Assembly (NCBI GenBank): GCA_030390025.1
Contig: CM059431.1
Location: 67,208,001 to 67,272,000 of the forward strand
DNA: 64,000 nt
Direction: 5' to 3'
Origin: Squalus acanthias
Lineage: Eukaryota
A model generated the notes under the pieces. That model had not been told where the DNA came from. It searched no databases and worked only from the letters and a program-made list of their open reading frames with translations. Both the position numbers and the translations under genes were made by a program. Below, piece by piece: positions 36,995 through 48,070 of the stretch. The first letter of the stretch is position 1. Each line of letters begins with the position of its first letter.

Positions 36995-37255
36995 TTTTCC
37001 TTTTTGTATTCCATCCCTTTGCCCCACAAGTGATGGTTGTGCCTTCCATCATCTTCCTTCCACTCTCTGGAATTGGCCCTTCAACCTCTTCGTCTCTCCA
37101 CCTCTCTTTCCTTTGTTGACCCTCCTTAAAACCAACATATTTGACCAAGCTTTTTGGTCACCCCTCCTAATCTTTCCCTCTTGGCTCAGTGTCTATTTTT
37201 CTCCTGAAACTTCTGTGAAGTGCTTTGAGATGTTTTACTATGTTAAGTGCTTGTT
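36995..37255 (+). mobile_element. L2 3' end fragment
   Basis: tggttgtgccttc...ctctggaatt...ctccttaaaacc...tttgaccaagcttttt...tgtgaagtgctttgagatgtttt. Confidence 0.75.
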
Positions 37256-39059
37256 GTTTCTTTGTTTTGTTTTTGTTTTTAGTTGCATAGCAAAAAGGAA
37301 ATGGTACCCTGTCTGATTTATCTCCTTCCCAATCCAGGACAATTGTGGCGCTGGCTGAGATTAGTAAATTAGCTAATTTAGTATTGGTTCGGAATTGAAC
37401 CTGTGATTGTCTGGTCTGTGAGCTGTGTGCCAAACTAGCCAGTACCTTTAACCACAACATAATTGGAGAGCTTTTAAAACTTCAATTTTATTTTCATAGG
37501 ATTATTTTAGTCAAATTTAACTTTTTTTTGTATTTTTATCTCTTTATCTGTCTATCCTGAATTGGTAACTGAGAAGGTGGGACCATAGACTGCTCACAGG
37601 CTTCTGCTCCTGCTCCATTAGCCTGCCCACTGATTTAGCATTCCCCTCTGTACACGTAGGCACTTTTATTCCATTTTCCTACTCAGTGTTGCTCTGTTTG
37701 GGAACTGAGTAGAAACAGTCTCTATTCCATGGCGCAAATACTCAGCACCACCGTGCCACTAATTATTTTTTGAAAACAATATGCAGATGTCTTGTGCAAG
37801 AGGTCACTGTTCTTCTGCGTATTTTGGAAGAAGTAGTAAAAATTGTGTGCAACATATTAGTAATTCAGAACTTTAACACGAGAATTTAGTTTTATTTAAA
37901 TGAATTTGAGGCACTGCAGCTTCACATCTCATGAACATAGTGCCATGAGGCATGGTCTTCCAAAAAGTGCTGACTGGCTGTGGTATTGCCATTCTAGTTT
38001 TATTAGACGGCACAAATATATTTATCCATTTGTGCAATACTAGTTTTTAAATATTGATAAATTCTGATAAGAACTGTAATTCCTTTACACTTTAACGATG
38101 GATTTTAAATTGAAAAAAGTATTTTCCCTTAGCACTGACCATTTTTGCTGCCAATAGGATGTTATCTGTGTTAGTTTAAATCAAAATATTTGAAGTAAAT
38201 AATGTATATCTTTAAGTCATGTTTCTTCCTGAGATGTTTAAATGTATATGCAGTTGAGCAACTCGGATCTAGTATTTATGACTCTCGACAGTGAAGTTTT
38301 TTTATTATTGTGAATAAGCTACCATTGTTTCTCAGACTTTTACCTACTTGCTGCTGTAAAATTTATAACACATGCAGGGCGTGTGGTTGTAAAAACTGAC
38401 CTTGCACTAGAACAACTTACATTATCATGAGCAGACATCTGGCTGCAGTTTATCTTCAAACCTACTGTAGTAGCTTTCAAGTTCAGATGAAAAATATGGG
38501 AAGCCTATAGTCTATAATAAATTAAGACTTTGGAGCCTATTTTTTATTTGTTCTGCTGGTACAAAGCCATATTTTGTGCTGGTTACAGACTTAAATGCAA
38601 ATTTGCACCTTGCTATCACTGAAACAACATTAAATTAATTCTTGACACTGACACCAACTTATTGCACTGCCTACTTTTGAGAGGGAGTGGCAGGAGTTTA
38701 GTTCTAACACACGCAATTTAAAAAGTCTTAGAACTGCCAGAGAAAGGCTTTTCTACTGACTTTAAGGTCAAGTTGTTGGTGATATAGATTTAGTGCTGTG
38801 CCGCATAATTTCTAGTGAGACCAAAGAGTTCTTTTTCAAAATTCAATGTGGGGAGGAAAATGGCCATTCTTACCTGGTACTGAACACACACATATTTTGG
38901 TTTCAAAAATTGTGAAAGTGGTTTGTAGAAGGAACACAACATGGTGAAATATAAATTACAATCTTTGAATGAAATGTAAGACTCCAGATTGCAACAAATC
39001 TACATATCACAAGATAAATATAAATGGGAAAACTATGTGGTCCATCTATTTAAAATGTT

Positions 39060-40260
39060 GTTAAATGCTTACATTTCTTCCCCCCCCACACATTGTCATC
39101 TAAGGTTTCTTGAATGGTTCTAAGGCTTTTACCTTCACTTCCCTACTTGGTAGACCATTCACCCTTTGTGTGAAGAAACTCTTCTTGACATCTGTCCTAA
39201 ACTTTGCTTTTACCAGTTTTAACCTATGTTTCCATTTTTGAGTATATTGACATCCCTTGATGGAGTGCTCTACACTTACATTATGCAGTTTAATATCTTG
39301 TATACTTCTATAATGTCCCTGATCAGTTCTTTTCAAGGCTAAAGAGCCCAGTTTCTCTAACCTCCTTGTAACAATCCTTTGTTACCACAGATCGGCCTTG
39401 TGGCTCCTCTCTGCACCACCCCCACCACTTGAATGTTTCCTTTATCTCTTGGTGATAAAGTGAACGTAATGCTCCAGGTGTGTGTGTCCAGACTACTGCA
39501 CAGTTTCAGCATGACATTTTCTCACTGATATGTAACTATCTACTCGCATAACTTAACATGTTGTTTGTTGCTCCTTCACTGTGATTTGACATGTTAAGTG
39601 CCAAATCTATCATCATACACTTTGCTGCTTCCCCTTTACCTAATTCTGCACCATCTATAGTATAACTGTGACACCCATTTTCTCTGCCAAAGTGTAGTAT
39701 CTTGCATTCATGTGTGTTGAATTTCATTTGCCACTGATTTATTTATTTGTAGATCTTATCTAATTTGTGTAGCTCCCTCGCTGCTTCCTCCAACTTGACT
39801 ATGCTCTTCCCTCCCCCTCCCCCACCCCCCATAAAGTTTAGCTTCGTCTGCAAATTTGATCAGTTTGTATTAGATTTTTGCATGCAAATCATCAATGTAG
39901 ATTAGGGACACTAGGCCCCAAAGGGCACTCCAACCAGTATCCTCCCCCTCCCATACCTGATATCACTCCACTAACAAGTGCCCTGCTGCTTACTTTCCTT
40001 CAGTGAATTCCTTATTTCATACCCAAGTTTTATGTTGCATTCTTTCAGTTTCAGTCGCAGCCTATGATGAGCAACTTTATCAAAGCCTTTTGGGAATTCT
40101 GAGTACACCATATCATATGGTTTTTCACTGTTGACTCCCACAAAAAAGTCAAGGGCATTGGTCAGATGCGATCTGCCCTTCTAAATTCATGTTTGCTGTT
40201 ACTAACCAGATTATTTTCATTCAGGCACTCAAAGTTTGATTTTGAGCAATTCTATTGTTT
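39060..40260 (-). mobile_element. Old CR1 RT fragment
   Basis: MKFNTHECKILHFGREN and FRTDVKKSFFTQRV. Confidence 0.82.
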
Positions 40261-40550
40261 GATTAGATATTGGTGTATAACTGAGAATGATGTAAACTGC
40301 TTTCTGCTGCATCCTCCCCTTCCTTTCTTGCCATCCCTTCTAATCTCCCACCCACTCCAACCATGAGTCGGGGCCTTTTTTTTTTAGTTTCTCCCTCATC
40401 TCTCCCTTGTCTTCTCCAAGCTCACCTTGTTCATGATACCCTACTCTTGATCCCTCGCTCCCCTTGCCACACAACTCCTGAGTATCCTTTTCAACAACTC
40501 CTCTTTCTGACCCCACATTAGCTGGCATTGTCAGTGGTTCCTTATTTTAA

Positions 40551-41009
40551 AAATGAGAAGTCGCACAACACCAGGTTATAGTCCAACAGATTTATTTAAA
40601 ATTACAAGCTTTTGGAGCTGTCGCCCCCTTTGTCAGGTAAAGGTACAGTGAGGGAATCTACAATATTACACAGTATATAAACACAGAAACTGCAGAGATA
40701 CAATCTTTCAGGGAAGGTGTCCTTACATCAAAGACACACCAGAGCACAGCCAAGACAATGAGATGTATCGCAGGGGGTCCAACGTGTCAAATCCTGCTGT
40801 CTGCTTTTTTTTAAAAAACTGCAAAGACAGACAACGATGTCGAGTCACGTTCTGTAGCGTGACATGAACCCGATATCCCTATTGAGGCCGTCCTCATGGG
40901 TGCGGAACTTGGCTATCAGTTTCTGCTCGATGATTTTGCGTTGTCGTGTGTCTTGAGACACACAACGCAAAATCATCGAGCAGAAACTGATAGCATCTCC
41001 GCATCATGA
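40551..41009 (-). mobile_element. Penelope-like element 3' fragment (family A) with inverted segment
   Basis: Minus strand 40955-40845 encodes QDTRQRKIIEQKLIAKFRTHEDGLNRDIGFMSRYRT*, a GIY-YIG C-terminus. Inverted arms at 40912-40952 / 40957-40994. The 12-bp direct repeat TCCTTATTTTAA lies at 40539 and 41010. Confidence 0.88.
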
Positions 41010-41755
41010 TCCTTATTTTAAGGCATTGTCTCTCTCCTCTTTAAAACAGTTGTCATGATCCACCTGCTGGAGGAAAACAAACACACTGTCATCAAATAGC
41101 CCCACTTCTACAACATCCTTTTCTTCTCTAAGTTTTTAGAATGGGCCATTAGCTCCCAGCTTCGTGCTCATCTCTCCCGAAGCTCCCTGTTTGAATCCCT
41201 CCAATCTGGCCTCTGCCCCAGCCAAAATCACAAACAGCATCTTCTGTGATTTTGATGATGATGCATTTCCTTCCACAACATTTTTGACCATGCCATCCTC
41301 CTCCAACATCTTTCCTCTGTTGTCCAGCTTCATGTAACTCCCTCGCATAGTTCTATTCTGAACGTAGCCAGTGCAACTCATCTCTCCCCTGCAGTGTCAA
41401 CTCTGGAGCTCTCATTGGCGCCCTCCTCTTCCTCATTGAAATGTTGCCCCTTGGCGGCATCATCGGAATACACAGGGTCAGCTTTTATACCTAGGTGCAT
41501 AACACCCAGCTCTACCTTTCCACTATCCATTTTGACTTCTTGACTAATCCTATGCTGATATTCAGTCCTGGATGAATTACAACTTTCTCTAACTCAACAT
41601 CAGGAAGAGGAAACGCATTGTCTTCAACTTTCTGCCGCAAACTCTGCTCCTTTACCATCTATTCAAGTCCTCTCCCTGACCACTATCTCAGGCTGAACTA
41701 TACTGTTTGCAACCTCAGCAACCAGTTTGTTCCTGAGCTGAGCTTTAAACCCCAT

Positions 41756-42489
41756 GGGGGGAAAAATTGGGTCGCGCCCCCTTTTGGGTGCTAACTTCGG
41801 CGGGGCGCCCCCGCACCCCAAATTCACTGGTAGCGCTCCAAGAGGGAGGCGGGGCGCTACTGGAAGCGCTCTTCCCTCCCTCTTGGGGCGCTGCGAGTGA
41901 ATATCACGGCGCTACGTGCCGTGGTACTGCAGGCCTTCCTCCCCTTATTAAAGGGGAGGGGCCTTGCGCAGCGCAACCCAGGGCCCAGCTGGGTCACCAG
42001 GGATCGGAGTGCCGGCAAAAGAGCCCGGCACTCAAGAGACGTGCCAGGCTCACAGAGCGCAGCCGGCACCCCGCGGCGGGGGGAGGGGGGGGGGGGGGGG
42101 CTGCACAGAAGGCCGGGGACAGCAACGGGGGGCAGGTGCTGGCAGGTGGCCAGCAACAAAAATGGCCACCCGGCACCTCCCCTTTAATTTGTGCCGCCCG
42201 GGCCGCAGGTAGGCCCCCCTTACCCTGTCAGACATAGCGTCCAGTGGTAAGTCAGGGGGCGCTACCGAAGATCGCAGCCGGGGTGCGAGCAGGGCGCAGC
42301 GCACAGCGATGACGTCATCGCCGGAGGCGCAGCGCCGCGGGGAGCTGACGGTTACCGTCGCCGCTAACCTCCCGCTGAATTTCGCAGGAGGCGTTGGTGG
42401 TGCCGCGCCCAGGCGCTAGTTGCTCTGCGCCTCGTTAGCAACCTCTTGGGGCGCTAACGGGAGGCGCAAATTAACCAAATTTTTCCCCC
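41756..42489. mobile_element. Young CpG-rich Harbinger MITE
   Basis: TIRs GGGGGAAAAATT(G/T)G with (C)AT on both flanks. Removing it restores L2 ...aaaccccatattc. Confidence 0.9.
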
Positions 42490-42719
42490 ATATTCTTTCC
42501 ATTGCTAAGACCTTATACTACTGCCTCCAAAACTTGGCCACCTCTGCACGACCTCAGCCAAGGGATTTATTCATTTTGCCTGCACTTTGCTGATCCTCCG
42601 TTCACCCCCATTGGCATTCTTTAAGGTTCTCACCTCTTTCCTGACTGTCCTCTATTTATTATAGGTACTGGAAGCATTTCTTGCTATTTTTAGTATCTGC
42701 TGCTAAACTTATTTATAGT

Positions 42720-43232
42720 TACTGTCACTTTAATTCTCCGCTCCATTCTCACTCTGACTTCTCTGTCCTCGGCTTCCTTCACTGTTCCAATGAAGCTCAA
42801 CGTAAGCTCGAGGAACAGCACCTGATCTTTCAGTTATGCACTTTACAGCCTTTGAGTTCAACAAATTCAGATTATAACCTCTATCCCTATTTTTTTGATG
42901 CCAGCTGCTGATGATTCTGCTATTGCCATTTACACCTCTTCTAGACCTGTCTTTTGTTTCTTTACTTGTCTCATTACCATCCTCTTTTGCCTTGTACCAT
43001 CATCCCTTTTGTCATTTAACCACTCCTGCCTTCCACTCAATCACAGGATCTTCCCTTTTGTTCTTTCCTCCCATCCCCGCTTCCCCTGCCCCTGCACTTG
43101 CTTAAAACCTGTTACATCTGTAACATTTTCCAGTTGTGATGAAAGGTCATCGACCTGAAACGCTAACTCTGTTTCTCTCCCCACAGATGCTGCCTGACCT
43201 GCTGAGTATTTCCAGCATTTTCTGTTTTTATC
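42720..43232 (+). mobile_element. Penelope-like element 3' end (family B)
   Basis: HFNSPLHSHSDFSVLG...QRKLEEQHLIFQLCTLQP (GIY-YIG C-terminus), then a pLTR with a mutated hammerhead motif at 43132-43168. Confidence 0.88.
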
Positions 43233-44059
43233 TCATTTATAGTTCCTTTTGCCCCCTTTTGACATGCTTCTGATATTTACTGTAATCTTCTCAATGGACT
43301 CGTCCTTTCCCGGCTTGCTGTAGGTTTTGGGAAGCTCGTTTTTCTTGTTAGTCCATTTAGTCATGTTTTTTGCTTGTTAATCTTAATCTCATGTATTTGT
43401 CTTGCATGTTTCTCAGTTTGATTTCAAGGTAATTCATGTGTTCTCTGCTGAAGAGTTAATAAACAAATTCCCCTATTCAATCTGTTTTTAGTGCTTATTA
43501 TGCTTGTAATTACCTTTTTAAAAATTATATACTTGAGTATTTGTCCTCTGCAATGTTGGATGCCAAATCATGTCAAATTGGTTGCTATCACCCAATGACA
43601 CATTCATTTTTGTGTGCTTTTGGGTCACTTATCAATCAATATTAGGTTGAGCTGAGAACGGCTCTTGTGGTTTTCCTGATGCTCTAGGTCATAAAGCAAT
43701 CAAGCATTGCATTTACCAGTTCTGACTCTGTTGCATTTCAGATGTCAAGGTTCAAAGTGTCAAAAGTATAAAAATTTAAGAAAGGCAGTTAATTGCTGGT
43801 TTTTCTGACCTTGATAATCATGCTACTCCCCAATGATAGTAGCTGGGGGATGTACAACCAATTGCCAAACTACCAATTATCCTCAGAATATAGTTTGATA
43901 ATGGTCACTTTGCTAAGGGAGTATCTAAGAAATGGCCCTTAAAGGGATGGGTTAGGTTAAAATCAGCTCCATCTTAGCAGCTGAACAGCACAATTGCACT
44001 CCAGACCCCAGACTACCTATAAGCAAATCCATGAGAAATCAACTAATATATTTTCAGCT

Positions 44060-44160
44060 AATAAAAACAGAAAATGGTGGAAATACTCAGCAGGTCAGGC
44101 AGCTTCTATGAAGAGAGAAACAGTTAACGTTTCAGATCGATGACCTTTCGTCAGAACTCG
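44060..44160 (-). mobile_element. Penelope family B pLTR fragment
   Basis: Reverse complement of 43130-43230. Confidence 0.85.
44122..44158 (-). ncRNA. Minimal type I hammerhead ribozyme motif (Penelope family B), intact core
   Basis: AGUU-CUGACGA-A-AGGUC-AUC-GAUCU-GAA-ACGU-U/AACU. Confidence 0.72.
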
Positions 44161-44269
44161 GTATATTTTCAAATGTAACTCCCAAAAATATCTGCTGAAT
44201 TTTTCCAGTAATGATTGCTGCATTTGTGTGTATGTGTGCACATTCAATTTGTTTTTTTGAGTTTCACAG

Positions 44270-45195
44270 ACCATATAAAATTGTGGAATTTTACAGCACA
44301 TAAGGAGACCATTCTGCCTGCCTCTTTACAAAAAGCTATCCACATAGTCCTATTCCTCTAACCTTTTCTCATACCCCTTTAAATGTTTAAATGTTTCTTT
44401 TTCAAATATTTATCAATTTCGTTTGAAAAGCTATTATGGATTCTGCTTCCACCACTTTCTGTTGAAGAATTCCATGTCCTAATAACCCTCTACATATATA
44501 ATTAAAAAATCCTACTGACCTCTCCCTATGATCTTTTGGTGATAAATTTACATCTAGTTACCAACTCACGGACCAGTGGAAAAAGTTTTCCCCTGTTTAC
44601 ATTATCAAAACCCTTCATAATTTTGAGCACCTCTTAAGTGTTTTTCTAATGAATAGAGCCCAGTTTCTCTGCTCTCTCTTCATGAGTAAAGCCTCCCACC
44701 CCTGGTATCATTGTGAATCACTGTTGCACCATCTCGATTGCCTTGCCATCCTTCCTAAAGTAAGGCATCCACAACTGGGCGGTTATTCTAACTGTTTTCT
44801 AACCAATTACTTGTATAGATTTAACATTGTCCCTTTGCTTTTGTACTTGATGCCCCTATTTGTAGAACCTATGGTCCCATATGTTTTTGTTATAGCTTTA
44901 GCAACTGGTCCTCTTGCTTTTAAAGGTTTGTGTAGCTGAGCCCTAAGTCACTCTGCTCCTTTACTCCCTTTAAAGTTTACTGATTAGTTTATATTTCCTC
45001 TTATTCTTTCTTCCAAAACATATCACCTTACAAATGTCCTCATTAAATTTAATCTGACATCTATCTACCTAGCCTGGGATCTCTGAAGTTGCATATAGTC
45101 CCCTTAACAGTTAACCGCACTCCCTATTTTTGTCTTGTCCTTAAATTTTGATATTATGCCTCTGATACCCAAATCCACATCATTCATATACAGGG
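44270..45195 (-). mobile_element. Old CR1 3' fragment
   Basis: Degenerate but colinear with 60650-61590. Confidence 0.78.
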
Positions 45196-46091
45196 CATTG
45201 CTCATGGTGACTCAGAGGATAATGCAAGGGTTGTTCATGCCATGTATGGAGTAATATCAGCATCACTGATGTACAGTGACTAAGGCAGGTTCCACTTTTA
45301 TTAAATGATATTCATAGAATTTTACTGGCGATTTCTATGATTTTGCCCATTATACTGTCAAAACTATACATTTGTCTGTATGTGTGTGCGCTTATAATGA
45401 TGTATATAACATTCCTTTTCCTATGTATTCATTTTTTGTCCTTTACCATTTTTAAAACTGAGAATAAATACATAGCTTGATAAATGATATCCATGATGTA
45501 CCTGTTGGACTTAGATATCTGATATTTAGTAGTGCTGGGTGGGGACAGTTGAGTTTAGCTGTATTGAGGTTGATCCTGTGCTTTGGTAGCACTGAGGATG
45601 ATGCTGGATTTTGGTAGCAATAGGGGATGGTTCCCAGGTTTTAGTAGAACTGGAGAGGGGGTGGGGTTCTGGCGTTTGGCAGCACTAGTGGGTTTGGCAG
45701 CATGGTGGACATTCTTTAGTCTGATATCAAGGGCCAACCTGAGGTTTACCAGATAGGGTGGAATGTGAGATTTTGCTCACTGATGGATTCCTGGTGTATG
45801 TGAGCAGTGAGGGAAGGACATGGGCCCGCCAGCACTACGCAGGGGGTAGCAGGGGGAGGGTGGGGTGGCGGAAGAAGGGAGAGAAGGTGTCCCAGGCATC
45901 ACTGATTTGTAACTTTACAAGAGAACATTGTAAACATTAAATATGGGTTTGTGATTGGTTGTTGGAAGTGTATGTCTATGTCTGTCTCTTTCTCTATCAC
46001 TCTCCCTCTTTGTGTTTGTCTCTGTCTGTTTGCTTTCAAAATTAAATGTATTAAAAATAATTTAAATTGGAATGAGGAACAACAAAACAAA

Positions 46092-46412
46092 GGTAGGGTA
46101 GCTTAATGGTATGGTACTGGACTACCAACCCACAGATCATGGGTTTAAGTCCTACTATAGTAAGTTGTGAAATTGTATTTAATAACTCTGGTAATTTGTG
46201 GACTGGCACCAGGAAAAATGGCCATGAAAGTTTGTCGTAAAAACCTAACTGGTTTGCTACTGTTCTTCAGGAAAGGGTACCAGCCACTTCTATCTGGTAT
46301 GGCCTACAAATGTCTCCAGTCCTGCAGTAATTGTTTGATCATTAATGCAGTCAGGGCAACTGAAGATAACTACTGCTTTTCTAGTATCGCCTACATTTCA
46401 AAAACAAATTTA
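46092..46412 (+). mobile_element. tRNA-headed SINE sharing head and tail with the LINE at 31575-34090
   Basis: Head and body resemble 31575-31860 (actggacta, ccatgaaa, gtaaaaacc, ctggt.tggccta). The tail agggcaact...gcctacatttc resembles 34018-34085. Confidence 0.65.
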
Positions 46413-46598
46413 AAAGATGATAAAGTGATAATTAGAGGCTTTCATTTCCTTTAATACTGTGTATCTCCATTTTGTCAACATGCCATGTTGTCAAATGCCT
46501 TATGAAAATCTATATACACAACTGCATTTCTTCTGTTAAGTTTGTCAGATATGACTTGCTTTTTACAAATCCATGCTGGCTGTCGTCAATAAACCCAT

Positions 46599-47300
46599 GG
46601 CCCATATTTTCCGACCCCTACGGGTGTGTACGAGCTCTGAAAACTGGCACTTCCGATCTGTCAAGAATTCTCTTGACAGATCCTCCACCTGCCCTGGAGA
46701 AGGACCTCTGCAGGTGGAGAGTTCCACTTAATGCAGAACCTCCGCCCGCTGAAAACCTTTAAAAACCTTACGCCTGGTAAAAGCAGGCGTAAGGCCTGCT
46801 TTTACCAGCATAAGAGTTTAAAAAAGTAAAAAAATAATTATTTTTTCACTCATTTATAATTTAAAAATACTTTAAAAAAAAGTAAGTTTATTTTTAGCCC
46901 CGTAAAAACTTTAATTTCTTTTTCAAAAAAATACATTTTTGTTTAAAATATTTAATTTAATGTAATTTTTAACTAATTTTAAATACGTGATTTAAACATT
47001 TTTTTTTTAATGTTTTAGTGTGTTTTTTGAGTGATCCCCATTCATACTTAGACGGGTCTAAGCTGAGAGACCTGTCAAAAGTGTAAGGGGGATTCTCTTC
47101 TTCCATTGGTTCCCCATGGCCCACGTGATCCCAGGGACGCTTGCGAACTGCCTGGGATACCTGGGCCTGTGTGTGTGTGTACCAGGAGAGGCCCAGGAGC
47201 GGAAATGTTGGGACCTACGAAGCCAGCAGGTAAGTTCGTAGATTTTTTCCAAATCCGAGGCATCTGCACGCAGGAAGCCTCCGATTGGAAAATCTGTGCC
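46599..47300. mobile_element. Complete Harbinger-type MITE in a CR1 remnant
   Basis: CAT-GGCCCATATTTTCC ... GGAAAATCTGTGCC-CAT. Homologous to 12703-13210. Confidence 0.88.
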
Positions 47301-47411
47301 CATGCCTTTGTAAGTCTGATATCTCATAGTATGGCCATATCTCATTGATGAACTCCATTTGCTATGCTACTGTGCTGTTTAAAATTGTATTTGCACCTGT
47401 GGATTTAAGAA

Positions 47412-48070
47412 AAAAGAAAGAACTTGCCCTTATATAGCGCCTTTCACAACCTCCGGAACTCCCAAAGCACTTTACAGCTAATTAAGTACTTTTGAAGTGT
47501 AGTCATTGTAGTAATGTAGGTTACTGCAATTAGATCTGTGTTGTAAATTGAATATAAAACAGCACAAGAGGCAGCATTCCTGATTGAGATGCAGCTCTTT
47601 TACATATAGGAGTGTTGTTTTAATTGTGTGATTTACAGGCAGTCTAAGGAGCGTAGAGAGGGACAAAGAACAGTAGAAAGACATTAAAGAAGGACATGGA
47701 ATGAAATAAAGACCATCATAAAAAGACATGCATTTATAGAACATCTTCTCAGGTGCAAATTGATTCAGGTATAATTTAATGCATGTTAATATGCAATGAC
47801 TAATTTTTCCTGTAAGCAAACATGGCTGCTATTGTGCACACAGCAAGAGGTAATTGACCAGGTCGAGAGAGAAATATCTACCAGGATATGAGAACTCCCT
47901 ATTCTTTAAATAGTGCCATGGGATCTTTATTATCCACCTGAATGCAGTACTGATGACAGAACTTCTTCAGTGCTGCATTACAGTATCAGCCTACCTCATT
48001 CCTCAAGACCTGGAATAAGGGTTGAACCCACAACCTTTTGACTTGGACAAGAATGTTGCCCGCTGACACT
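47412..48070 (-). mobile_element. Deu-domain SINE, split by about 300 bp of unrelated DNA (47521-47820)
   Basis: Tail at 47412-47520; Deu core aaatagtgccatgggatcttt...tccacctga at ~47908-47940; head remnant ttgaacccacaacc at ~48022. Confidence 0.7.

Larger units (their letters stand above)
40300..42560 (+). mobile_element. Old L2 LINE, interrupted by a Penelope insertion and a MITE
   Basis: Degenerate but colinear with the reverse complement of 56000-57100. Confidence 0.75.
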
